A stretch of 64,000 bases of DNA, taken from contig NC_047076.1 of assembly GCF_902459465.1 (NCBI RefSeq), positions 13,020,001 to 13,084,000 on the forward strand. The letters are read 5' to 3'. How positions within the stretch are numbered: the stretch's first letter is position 1; each line of letters opens with the position of its first letter. A program made the position numbers and the translations under genes. This document shows, piece by piece, positions 46,845-60,000 of the stretch. The notes beneath the pieces are model-generated. The model made no database searches and had not been told where the DNA came from. It worked only from the letters and a program-made list of their open reading frames with translations. This stretch comes from Asterias rubens (lineage: Eukaryota).

Positions 46845-49490
46845 TGTTGCACATGTCTCGTACACGCAATGTGAATGGAATGACGTTTTTTCGTTGAGTG
46901 TATTGATTCTCGTACAATCACGCACTGAATCACGCGAGTTTCTCACTGGTGGGCTGTATCATCATACGCAAAGTACATTCAAACAGAGTACCAGGGATAT
47001 TTTACGTCTGACATCGTCTTTGACTCCGTAACGATTTCACCTAAAAAACGGGGTGGGGCCGCAGCGAAGACTTGTGGTTGGACTAGAGCATTAATTATTT
47101 TGAGATGAGTTTCTTTGTTACTCGCGGAGTATTACTCATTACTCAACCGTGACTTACGGGAGTGTAAGAAATAAATTAGGATTGTTTCATTGTCAGATGG
47201 GTTCATTAGATCAAGATCTTTACCAAGATCAAGGGTGAGGGCGCACGTAAGCCGGACGGGCGGTGGTCATCGCTTCTCTAAGGAGAAAAACAATGTTACT
47301 TTCACTTTGACTGATTGGCTCATTATTTTTTTTAACAGGAACAACTCACAATGTGAAATTTTGGAGTTTAGAGAACTTATTTATACTGTATTTAATATGT
47401 ATTTCTAATTCACGATTATTTCTTCCCGGCTGTTGCTTTCCCCACCCACCCTTTTTTTCCATTTGGGTGGCAACAAAATGATGAGTTTTATAATATTATT
47501 AATAAGGAGAAAGACAATTCAAAACAAAAAAACAAAGTAGACATAATGTTTGCTGGAGTAAATAATTATTGTCATAAATCAATGAATCTTGTTTATATTG
47601 TTGACAGTGTTACCTAATAAAGTAATCACATAGTTATTATTTTGTTACTTATAATATTTTTTTTGATATTATTATTATACATTAAATTATTGCTTATTGT
47701 AGAGAAACCCTGTTCTGCTTGTTGCTCTAGGGTATAACTGTACAATCATGCCCCCGTTATCACTAAAGTACCAGCATATTAAATCTGGCCCTTGTTTGAT
47801 TATGGCCCAATAAATAAATACAACTGTAAAAGAGGCAACATCATGAATTTCTTGTCTTACTAAATGAAAACGTCAAATCCACCAAAGTACAGTTGGTAAA
47901 GAATTTGTGCTTCACTCAATCAATGAGTAATTTGATGTTGCCCCGAATAATCAGGTTTGCTGGTAGGCCTACACTTGAAAGATTTTTCTAGTGTCAAAAA
48001 TTATACCTGCATATTGAATCTGTCCTCTGAAATTCACTGTTTAGCAAAGACATTGATCTAGTAAGTTAAATGTAGCATAAGACAATTTGTATCGTTATTA
48101 ATTGGTTTAGGGCTATTATTTGTATTAATTTTGTTTATGACTATTGTTGTTTTCCTATTAATTCATTTATTTACTTTTTGTTTTGTTTTGCTAAATCATG
48201 TCTGACTAGAGTGTGAACTAGTTTGTTTTCTAATCACTCAGTGTTGTACAAAAAAAGGAGGAAAACAGATTAGTAGAAGGGCACTTTATGAATAATTAGT
48301 TCATACAGTGTCTAGAACAAGAGACTTGTCAAAAGACACATCTAGAACATGAACAGCGCTTTAAAAAATTATCGGTACATCAACAGCTAGCTATAGAGGG
48401 CGCCCTTACAAAATAACGGTACTCAAGAATACACCAAACAGCCGTCGGTATAAAAAACACGTCTTGATCCCACAATGCACTTCTGTAACTGACCTTTTCT
48501 TCCGGTTCGCCAAATAGATGAGGTAAAGACAGTAATAATACGGCGAAAAGAATCGCCCAACATCCACATTTAGAGAAAGAAATACATTTTAAATTTGAAC
48601 TCAGTTTGTTACTTAATATTTCTTTAATTATTACAATAAATTTTATTGCAAATAATATTTGTATTTTACTTAAAACAAACCCTAGTGCAGGTTGGTGCTC
48701 AACGGTGAAAATCGCCGTTCCATTTACGTACAAATCGATGTTCGTCGTATCGAATAGACTCATGTTGGGGTTAAATTTGCTGTTGTTGTCACGACATATT
48801 TAACAAAGATTAATGATATTTTATAATGAATATTTCGGTGTTGATTGCGGGAATTTCTTTGTCGTATTATTACCAATGATATTTTTTAGAACTGAAAGGT
48901 TTTGGGGGAAGGCAGATGAGATTGATGGCCCGGAGAACGGAGGAGGAGTGGTTAGGACCTAATCCTTTTAAAAATAAATTCGTTCATTTATCTGTCCCCA
49001 AGCTTTCCCTTTTATTACCTCCTTTCCTTCCTTGAGTCTGAGTGTTGGCAGTTTGAAATGAAGGGTGTCTGTTCGTGTTTGTTTGTTGTGTAAATTTATT
49101 TTAAGCTGTTTTAAACTTTATTTTTAGATACGAAAAAACATCAAATGGTCAACATCAATAACTTTAGAATCAGGTTCAGAATAAAACAAAATGAAATGGA
49201 ATCAAAACCTGTCGACACACGTTTGACGTACTGGTTCGGTTGACTTGGTTTAGTTTGTTTTAGGTGACAGTGACACGGTCACCACCACAGCCCAGGTCAC
49301 TCTGATCTGACGTGACGGTAAACAAGAAGAAAGTAATTTGTGTAGCCATGCTAGGCCGTCGTAGTCGATGTTAATAAATAGTTATTTAACTATTTAGCTC
49401 TGGCTTTGGACTTTGTCATCATGTTGATGTAAAACATTTTAAAATGTAAAATTACTTTCATGCGTTTGCTTTCTTTGTGCAGGAACAGCC

Positions 49491-51300
49491 ATGGGCAAGT
49501 TTCTTAAGCCAGGCCGGGTCGTTCTCGTACTCTCTGGACGTTTCGCAGGACGCAAGGCTGTCATAGTCAAGGTAATTCCATCATTCGCACGAGCCTCTGA
49601 TAACCTAGAGTCCTAGACCGTATTGCGATTACCGCCTGGTTGATTTTGCTGAATAGTCAAAAGGCGCTGTGGGAAGGAACATGCTTACTGTACCCCCTTT
49701 TTCATTCCCACAATGCCTTTCGATCATTCAGCAAATTCATCCAGGTAGATTGGCGAATATGTCATTGAGCTTTTCAACACGAAGTTTTTGCAAAAAATGT
49801 GAACAGCTTTTACAAACATGTAATTTTTATCTATAGAACCACGATGATGGCAGTACTGACAGGACGTATGGTCATGCCCTCGTAGCTGGTGTAGCCACGT
49901 ACCCTCGCAAGGTCACCAAGCGCATGAGCAAGAAGCGCATCAAGCAGAGGTCAAAGTTGAAGTCCTTCGTCAAGGTTTTCAACTACAATCACCTCATGCC
50001 AACTCGGTAAGCTCTTCGTCCGAGGTCATAGTTCATAGGTCAATCTAAAGCATTTCAAAGACAATTTTTGTTTTATAATCTAAAAGAAAACGCCTAATTC
50101 CATTGCACAGTCTCCTGTGTTCCAGTCAACTATGTGATGGGGGACAGAAGAGAGAATGTTTATTGGCGGGGGAAGTGGACAGGGAATAATTTTTGAAACA
50201 TTGGGAATAGGTGGCCCAGGAGGCATTTCTGGTAATCTCCAAGTTGCAGGGCCAAGTTTCATTAAGCCTGTAAGCACAACAACTTCCCAAGCAAAGCATA
50301 GTTTTGCTTGGCAGCAAAGGTTACCAACCAAAATAACATTAAGACTGGTGCACCAATTTTTCAAGCAGTTTTCTGGTTAACTGTTTTATGAAATTGGGCC
50401 CTGGTCAAAGGCCAGAGTGTCATATTGACGTGCAATTACGACTTGTGTTTGAGAGAATTTAAACCAGTGGACGATAATTACATGACAACAGATTTATTTG
50501 TGTTTCTTGTTTGTTTTGAACGTCTAGCTACTCCGTTGATGTGAACATAGACAAGCAGGTCGTCAACAAAGATGCCTTCCGGGACCCCACATTGAGACGC
50601 AAAGCCAAGCGTGAGGTCAAGGGCAAGTTCATGGAAAGGTCAGTCAAATAGAAAAGCTGGATATTGTTCAGATGATGTTTCCGTTAAGGGAACTTGGTAA
50701 ACTCCCACATGGGGATATAAACTTCAACCTGGCAACAGCCAATCTCTTTCATTCAATTATAGGATCAATGTTTATGATTATGAATTGCACAAATCAGTTG
50801 TGATTCAGTAACTAGAGACTATACTATAGTCCAGTTCATACTTGCTGTGAAAGCGATACAACCGTTGCGTCACAAACTCAAAGTTGAACTGTGTTTAAAT
50901 GTTCAACAGTTGCAAAACATTTGCTGCATAAGCAGCCATGTGACTTCTTATCTTGTATAAATAATATGCAACATGTTAACATGAAGGGTTACTTTGAAAA
51001 GGTAAAGGCTAGGATGCTAGTTGTTTGGTACATAAATATTGGACATTTATTTTAATGGACATTTGGTAGAACTTCGCTCTTGGAGGGGCACAGAAATTTG
51101 CCTCTGACATGGGGCACTTCCATGAGGACTATGTTTATTTGTGTTAAAACTTTGCAAAGGGCACCACTGCAAATGGTGGGTGTCGCGAGTTCAAATCATT
51201 CCGTAAAACCGTTTTTCTCATCTCATGTTTTTACTTTTCCGCTCTCTTCAGATACAAGACTGGTAAGAACAAGTGGTTCTTCACCAAGCTGAGGTTCTAA
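49491..51300 (+). CDS. RPL27: 60S ribosomal protein L27 (eL27), 136 aa, 4 coding exons
   Basis: Exons 49491-49571, 49837-50006, 50528-50638, 51252-51300 (411 nt); [27 protein letters not shown]...[15 protein letters not shown]; AATAAA at 51376-51386. Confidence 0.97.
49635..49745. repeat. 111-bp palindromic (hairpin) MITE-like element in RPL27 coding intron 1
   Basis: cctggttgattttgctgaat...tgtggga / tcccaca...attcagcaaattcatccagg arms. Confidence 0.8.
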
Positions 51301-51454
51301 ATGCTGGGACGTCGAGAGCGAATCTAGGGCGGTCTGTAAATTATGTTTTTGCTGGCGTAAGATTATTGGTCAGTTAATAAAATAAAGGCACGTACATTTA
51401 TTGTAGTGTAAAACAAATCTTGAGTGTCCGTTGTGATTCTATGGTGTTATGTTC

Positions 51455-51852
51455 TTAAAGGCACTGGACAGGTTCGGTAATTGTCCAAGACCATTATTCT
51501 CACTTAAGGTGTCCCATCGTACATATGCATCAAGTAATATCTGTGAAGATTTGGGTTCAATCGATCATCGAAGTTCAAGACAATGATGGAGGAAAAAACA
51601 CCCTTGTGCACAAATTTGTCTCGTATGCCTGAGAAGTCTTTCTTTGATTCAAATATTTTTTTGAGGAAATTGCCTTTTTCAAAACTACATTACTTCAGAG
51701 GAAGTAATTTCTCACGTGTTTGTATACATGTATACTATAATCAACAGCCCTCTGTTGCTTGTTACCAAGTAAGAGGCCTATGTAATTACATGTACAGTAC
51801 ATTGTACATGGTTATATTGTTGAGTAATTACCAAACGTGTCCTGTACCTTTA
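51455..51852. mobile_element. TTAA-family MITE just downstream of the RPL27 poly(A) signal
   Basis: ttaaaggcactggac... body matches the 41873 and 58418 copies. Confidence 0.75.
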
Positions 51853-54056
51853 TACAATTAGCCAAAACCTTGACAAGAAATACATTTGTTCTCAAATATT
51901 CTCAAGTCTTCTCGCGTCTTTCTCCTCCACTCACACAAGAAGAAAAAATGAGTACATAAAACATCAATGACGAAGGAGAAACGGTGTTTAACTTTTTAGA
52001 GCATTTTAAACATACCAACCCCTTTATTCATGTTAACAACGCGACAAAGGCAAATTTTTACAATATTTCAAGCCATCAATCAGCAAAAATGTTGGGATGG
52101 ATTTGCAGGGGACATGATGTGTAGTTTTGAAGGGATGACAAATCTCAGAATTCAGACTAACCAAAATGTCCTGGAAAAAGACCAACCCAGAAGCCGCCAA
52201 AAGGTGGAAGTTCCATCACTCTAACTTCCCTCCTAAACTTCTCGTCTTAGTTTCAGACCTTGCCAGCAATGATTATCGCCCCTGGTTTTGGGACAACGTA
52301 AAATAATTAAAATTTAAAAGGCACTATTCCATCAACATCATAGCGCACTAGAAAGAAATTAAACTGGAAAAAGGTTAGTCTTTAGGCTTTAACAAAATGC
52401 AGATTGAGTACAATTATTCCCTAATGAAAGATTGTTCCAAATCATTGGCCCAGCTACACTGAAAGATTTTGACCTAGAAGTTAGTTTGCTCGGGGAACAT
52501 TCAAGAGGGTGATTTCAAGTCTGGACTGAACCGAAGAAATCAATAAGGAATTCAGACATTCATGGTATGTTTGTGTTGCTTTTCTAGCAATATGATTCTG
52601 TAAATTGGAATCGAGGCTGAGAGGACAAACTAGTCTGATCCTTGGTCTGATCCTTGTCATAAGAAAATGAAATTAGAACTTGCATTATGTTATGTATACA
52701 CAGGGAACCAAACAGAATGTACAAGGAAGGGCTAAGCATATCATTTTATAACAGACACATTATAATGTACACCATGGTAATTAATTGACTAAAGTATGGG
52801 AATAGTCGGTGAATGAGCCATCTTGAATTTTAAGCCAATCAGATCCGTGCGTCCAGACTGAGGCAGGTTAGCATAATAAGTCTGGTGCCTGATTTGTATA
52901 ATGAGCATCTGTGTTTATGAACACAGGGTAGTTGACAGCTTTTCTTGAGATCACACTGACAAATTCTTAACTACACTAACCACCACATTTAAGACACTAC
53001 TAGTACTAACAGTGGATAATACATTATTTACAAATCGCCTTTGCAGTATTTTTTTCTTAATATATCTTAGATTTTTATGCACATAATTTCTTACAATTTT
53101 TCAACTAAAGGTTGTGCCTTGAATTTCACTTTGTCCATGTTTTAGTCCTGAAAAAACTTTCTCAGAAATTAAGATTTTATCTTGTCTTAACCAAAATGAA
53201 ATTCCAGGGGTCGATTTCACAAAGATGGTCCACACTTAGGGCTATTCTTAAAACTCTGTTGTAGTCCTGAGTTAACTCAAAATTAGACTGGTATTAACTC
53301 TTTGTGAAATCCACGGATAGCCTTAATTATAATAATTTATTCCCTTTGTTGCGGGGAATTATAAATAAAAATTCAAAATTCAAACCAACTTTGACATGAT
53401 TGTCAAAAAAAATCATAGAATGATTGAAACGAAAAAGTAACACAAAGTTACTTGAATAAATAAATGAAATTAACTGACCAAAATGCAAAATATTAATTAT
53501 TGCAATCGCTTCCAAATGGTAAATATGTCTTCATGACCCTTCACCTTTCCGCAAATTTGTTGTCGAGTTATCTATCATTTGATAAAAATTGACTGAAAAA
53601 AACTGATTGCATTCCAAAAGAATATAATAGCTAGCTATAAAATGGCAAACATGTGGCGCGTGTTCAACAAATAAAATAGATGAAAGTGTCAATTTTAGTT
53701 AAATTTGGTTTGATTAAAATTCAGAGGAAATCTGAAAGCAAATCATGTGAAAGCTGGAATGCCGGAATGATGGGGAGGGGGGGGGGAGGGAGGGCGTTCA
53801 TTATAATTGTGGTCATTACTTGATGGCTTTAACAAACACGCTTCACAAACCAAATAAATTTCAGCAAAATTGGTAAAATGGGAAGTACGCAACAGGAACA
53901 AACACTCGATGGTTACAAAGTGGTTCAATAACAGCAGCCCTAGAATGAACCCTTGTTTCTCATTTTGCAAATCTTCATCTCGCTCACTCCTGGTTCATGA
54001 ATATGCGCATATTCATTACAAGGAAATAAATATTCAAATAGTCTCTCCGTCTGGAG

Positions 54057-57000
54057 TTACTTCTGGAATTTGCTCATCCGTTCCTCCAATGATTGGCAGT
54101 TAGCTTGGATAGCAGCCATGTTTGCGCCGAACGAATCCCTCAGCTGGAAAAAAACAAAAAAACAAAGATAAGTTGGTAAAGTAACGATGGTTTTAGGAAT
54201 ACAGCTCAATGTTTTGTACACAAAAACAAAAGTAAATTTGCCCTCAGAGTAAGCATATTGCTATCGTGCTTAGCTACTTTTTTGTGTTAAAGCAGCTCTA
54301 TGAAATTAGGGCCAGTTGGGAATAGAACCCAGGTCCACAGAGATTAAAGGAGTGAATGAACCACCACACTAAGCAGACTGATGTTTGGTTTGTCAACGAG
54401 TGAGTTTTTCAAAATGAGAAGTCTCCCGAATTCCGAAAATTTACTCTGTGGTACAAGAGAATTTCTCGATATACACATGATGTTACCACAAACGACATGT
54501 ATATTGAAACCTCACCATTCAATGCCTCAAATCCTATAGGAGTGAAAGTTTACCTCTTTGAAAAGTACAGATTTAGCGACTAACCTCTTTGAGTAGTGTG
54601 TCCTGATTGTTGAGGTTTGATGTCAACTGCTGCTGCGATGTATCTAGATGACTAAGAGCCTGACTGAACTGCAAAGCTGTTGTAATAAAAAATGAATAGA
54701 GAAATGGGTGGAGTGTTGGTCTAGTTCCTTGACTACCAACCCAAGGCTGCAACCAAATTTCAAAACTTCTTTTGGTGCACCCCAGTGTTTAGAATACCCA
54801 TACGACAACCTTTGGTGTGCCTTTTCTGTTATGCTCTCGGTCTCCATAAGGTAGTGAATATGAAATCACAATGGCTTCAAATGTGTGAAAAAAACAGACT
54901 CGCACACTTCAACTGGTCCCACTATTTGAATCCTAGCCAGGCCTCGAAATAACCCTTGGCACCCACAGCAAATGCCCAGGGTACAGTTTTGCTGTAGTGT
55001 CCTCGGCAAAGTTCCAAAACAAATTTTTGTTAGAAGTGTACCTTAACCAGAGGAAAAGTGCAGTGCCCTTTAGAGAGTGAAGTTCAAGGCCAGTTACAAG
55101 ACTTGCACTTTCTATTGAATTGATTTCAAGTCAAAAGTTTCTTTGCACTAGACTCATGTATGAGCCAAGATGAAAAATCTTCAGACATACCTTGTTCATG
55201 GAGATCTTTAAGTGCATGAAGACGTTCTACAACGGAAGGTACAGTATCTGCAATACCATCCCATTTCTCCACCACGTCATACAGCTCAGAAATCTAACAA
55301 AAGGAAAACCAAATAATTGTCAGTTAGACTTCAAAGAAAATCACATTTTTGTTTTCTATATTGAGAAGACTCTGAGACATAAAAATTTGCCAATGACATG
55401 AGGAAAAAAAAGGATTAAAGAAATTCCAGTGATTGAAACAAACCTGGGTTGTTAGATATGAAAACCCAATTTATGTATACACAAATACTGGACTCAGCTT
55501 ATTTTGCAAGTGATCCAATGTTTCAAGTGACTGTTGCTTATAATAAAAAATGTCTTTGCACAAAAACATGTTCAGAAGTTTTCAACTGTACAGTTCTAAG
55601 AATTTTCATGTCAACTGTGAAACAAACTCAACAAACTTAGATTCTTTAGAAAATAAATTTTTCAGACTTGTTTTTCACTACACAGCTTAAGGAATCTTGA
55701 GACAAAATTTTGAAGAGAATTTCTTTTTCCAGATTTGTCCCCCAATAAATAGCTTTGGGAATATTGAGACAACATTTCAATGAGAAGAATTTTCCAGCTT
55801 TTATATTCTTGACGTCAAAATTGGATCACAAGCAGATTCTCCAGACAATTGTGAGGTCCGTGTTTTGGGACTTGTCAAGCATACTAATCTGATTCTGAAC
55901 TCATTGTGTAAACACACTGCGCTACGATCCTCGCTCAACCACGATGGGGTAAGGTGTTTGGGGAAATGAATGCAAGACTCGACTTGGGCTAATTTCCCTG
56001 GGGATTCTAATCAATTTCCATGGTAACCAATCTTTGAGGGAGCGAGTGAGCACCAGGTTTTTTAGCCCCGTGAAAGTGCAATGAGCCACTGACATTTTAT
56101 AAACATTTGGTAATGAATGAAACTTGAAATCAAAGCATAATGATTCAATCAACTAGTATGACCTATCACCAAAAGCATGGAATACCAAGAAATGAAAATA
56201 ATACAGTAATAATAATACATTTTAAAACAATTTTGTGTTATTTTTTTTACAAAGAAATAGACAGGAACATGCTTGGGATCAAGGATGCATTTGATGCAAA
56301 AATGAACACCACCTCACAAAATTATAAAAATGTCCCAATAAATCCATAAACCAAGCATTTCACAGCAAAATCCAGGACATTAAATTAAATCAAAGCGAAA
56401 TATAAACCTTCAAAAGCAGGATTTATTTTTAAGAACACAGAATTATTCGTAAACAAAGATGAATTAATGGGAGTTGCAGGTCACACCTTGTAAATAAATG
56501 ACCTCTTTTGGGATGAAATATTATTTGATATGGTTTCCATATTTTAAATAATAGTTTTCTTAAAAGTGATCACCATGACTCATGCACAACTCAGTTTATT
56601 CTTAGTGATAGGACTGAATATACCTTTATTTCCATACTATCAGAAAGCTCCTGAACATAGGAGGTAAGCAAATAAATGATTCAGCAAAAATATGATCATA
56701 CATTTATGTAGGTATTGAGGTTGGGTGGTCTGGGGAAACAAACTCAAAGTCCGCCTAAAAAGCGTTGGGTTCAAATCCCAGACGTGACTTTGGTTCGAAT
56801 CCCAGTGGTGACACTTCCCGGTCATGTCCCTCTGACCACACAAAACAATGAAAGTTTTTATATTATTAAGACACTAGAAATCTGTTATAACTTGCAGTTC
56901 ACAGGTCCAAACCCAACAACATTGTTTAAAGTTGAAACAAACTAGATCGATTGAATTCACAAGAAAAACTGTTCTACTGAAATCCGACAGCTTGCTTGGA

Positions 57001-60000
57001 TAACACTGGTTAGACAGTATCCAAATTGGCGTCAACAGCTACGGCTATGAAAAGTGGCTAAGGCTGTTGCTAAGGACATCCTATACTTCAATGCATGATG
57101 ACACAGCGATCCAGCCAGAAACATAGCCAAAGCCGCCAATTCAGACACGGCCATATTTTAGTTTGACCCCTGACATAGCTGACACAGTATTCAGCGTGCA
57201 TTCAACTGTTTTCATTTGAATAAATGTTTTAGGCTTTGTGGAATCAACAAAAACCTGTTCTACCAACATCAGAAAGCTCGCTCGATTAAACACTCGTTAC
57301 TTAGTAATTTACTTAGAATTTGACCCCTGACCTTGCTTTCCTTGCCAGCTTCCTCAGCAGTCTTCTTCTTCTCTTTGACCTGATTGAGATGTTGAAGGAG
57401 ACTCTGGATGCGAGCGTCAACGTGGTCCACCTGGACGGGGTCCAGAAGATTCATCTGTGTCTGAAGCTGACTCACTGCTCCCTGTTAAAAAGAATCGTCA
57501 TATCGTGATATTGTTAGATGTTAAAACACTAAATTGCTTATAGCATAGAAATTATTTATTAAGCGCTTGAATATCAATGGAAAAAAAGAAGTGCAATGAA
57601 GGTAGCATTTTTAGAATAGTTTTCAAATTGTTAAATTCATTAAATTAAAAGTTGTAATTTTTCATACTTACCATAAGAGTCTTGGAGGTTGTGTCAGCAG
57701 TTATAAAAGACTGTCAACAAAAATCATAACAAAGTTTTAACGAAAGGGTGCAGAAGTAAACATGGGTGAATCATTTAGTTACTTAAATTGTGAAGTTTTA
57801 AAAACCCTGTCTTGATACACGAGTACACTTCAATTCGATTCCCACCTAAATGAAACATCTATTTCCGCACTCACAATACAAAGAGTCAGAATCATGAGGA
57901 CAAACTTCTAGTTGTACAATACAAGTAAAGAGTAAACATGAACAATGAAAATGATGGTGGGAGAAATGTAACCACAAAAGAAGAGATATTTCTTACCAGT
58001 TTCTTGGGATCTTCTCCAATAACTGCCTCTAAGCCAGCTAGCCTCTGTTCCAGCTCCGCTACCTGAGAAACACATTCATGGAGACCATCAATTCAATTCA
58101 ATTTAATATCTATTGTCCATCAAATTTGCTTTGTCGAACTCGCTCATAACTGTAAAAAATATTTGTGTGAGAAATTACAGAATTACAAATTATGCTGAAG
58201 AATAACAATATGCAGAAAACAAGGCTTTAAATGTTCACCTTGGAGAGCTGGGAAAACTTGGCTTGTTCTGGAGTGTAGTGAAGCTCATATGTGATACAGC
58301 CATCCTTGGTTGCCTGGCCGGACTTGGATGGAGTTGCTCCTGATGATTGCACACTGAGATTCTTATAGGCCTCAAGCTGGTTGATGAGCTTCCTGCAATG
58401 AGGGTAGAGATAGGATCTTAAAGACACTGGACACTATAGGTTATTGTCAAAGACCAGTCTTCTCACTTGGTGTATCACATCTCAACATATGCATAAAATA
58501 ACAAACCAGTGAAAATTTGAGCTCAATTGGTCGTCGAAGTTTTGAGATAATAATGAAAGAAAAAACACCCTTGTCACATGAAATTGAGTGCTTTCAGATG
58601 TTTGATTCTGAGGTCTCGAAATCAAATTCGTGGAAAATTACTTCTTTCTTGAAAACTACGTCACTTCAGAGGGAGCCGTTTCTCACAATGTTTTATACTG
58701 AAAGCCCAATCCACATAATGTCCCCGGCGTGATTCAAACCGGGGTCCCAGAGGTAGAAGGAGAGAAAACCCGTCCGCCATATTACTTTGGTAGAGTTCCT
58801 TGCGGGTCGGCAGCTTCCACCATAGCATCGGATCCAAGGATCTTCTCTAAGTGAAGGCCGTACAGCTGCTCCTGTAGAGATCCAACCTGCTCCACCATTA
58901 CTGATGGAGTCACACTGGAAGACTTGGAATCATCTGCCGTTTGCTGTCAAATATCAAAACACCAAACAGTTGAGGGTTCTATTAACCGACTGCTATTTAA
59001 ACATTAGACCTTCCCTGACAATTTATAGCTGCTTTAAAGTAGGCAATTGTGCTTCTTAACAAGTTTCTGCTTAACAAAATTAAACTGGATACCAGTCACA
59101 AATATTACATGTTACATGATATTTTGGATGGTAACCTTAATCTAGTAGACGTAATAATGTTGTGCTTGCTCTTCTTTTTTTTTTTTTTTTTAAGCAGCTC
59201 TAAGAAGTTGGACCCAGGAACTGCAATAACTACGTACAAATGAAATAGAGTTTGCAGAGTAGAACGGCTCACTCAACAAAAGAATTTGCTTAGTAAAAAT
59301 TGAAAGGTAACCAGTGAAAATCAACAGACTTTTGTACAATAGCTTTAGTCCATAGCTGGTAACGGCATACTGCTAAGCTAGATTATCACTGCTAAGCAGT
59401 ATTGTACTGCTTACCTTGAGTTGTTCAACCTCATCAGACAGCTCTCGAATCTCATGCTGTAATCTCTGGAATTTCTGCACAGGTGTCTCTTTAACCTCTG
59501 TGCCATCCTCAAGCTGCGGAAACAAAAACAGTTCTTGTTTTAATTTCCACTTGATGGGTGTGTTTTAGAAGATAAATTCAGGTTTTGGAATCTTTCTTGA
59601 AGGGGCACATCAATTTTCTCTGGTAATGGGCACTTCTATAAGGACAAATGTATTTGAACTTTGCTAAGGGCACCACACAAGGCCTGGAGTTTCAATTTTG
59701 AGAGGGCAAGGCCATTTCCATTTTGTAAAAGGCACAGCCAAAGGAAATTGTTAAAGTCTATGGGAAACTTCTGAAGGGGCACCGAGGCAAAGAGCAAGGG
59801 CAACAGAGGCCATGACCTGCATGTAATTCCAGGCCTTTCACAACAAAAGCAAAGGGCACCAAGTCAATTACTGTGGTTCGACAAGGCCTGTAAAAGTATC
59901 TGACAATACAATCCCATGTAGGTTGTTTTAACTGTAAGTCATTATTCCTTGATGTACTTACAATTTCATACTCTGTTCTTGGCACATAGTATCCTGTCCT

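Noticed and set aside
48380-48763. 127-aa ORF as an alternative CerS first exon
   Set aside because: The middle is AT-rich and non-coding-like, and the strong donor (48494) is phase 0, incompatible with phase-2 exon 2. Only a weak GTTTGT donor would fit.
50100-50210. H/ACA snoRNA in an RPL27 intron
   Set aside because: A first hairpin and an AGAGAA box are plausible, but the second hairpin is poor and would bury the ACA. This needs Infernal/snoReport to revisit.
54554-54584. Second CAAAGAG|GT donor 31 nt downstream of DCTN2 exon 12
   Set aside because: Using it adds an in-frame stop and a frameshift, and nothing indicates it is used.
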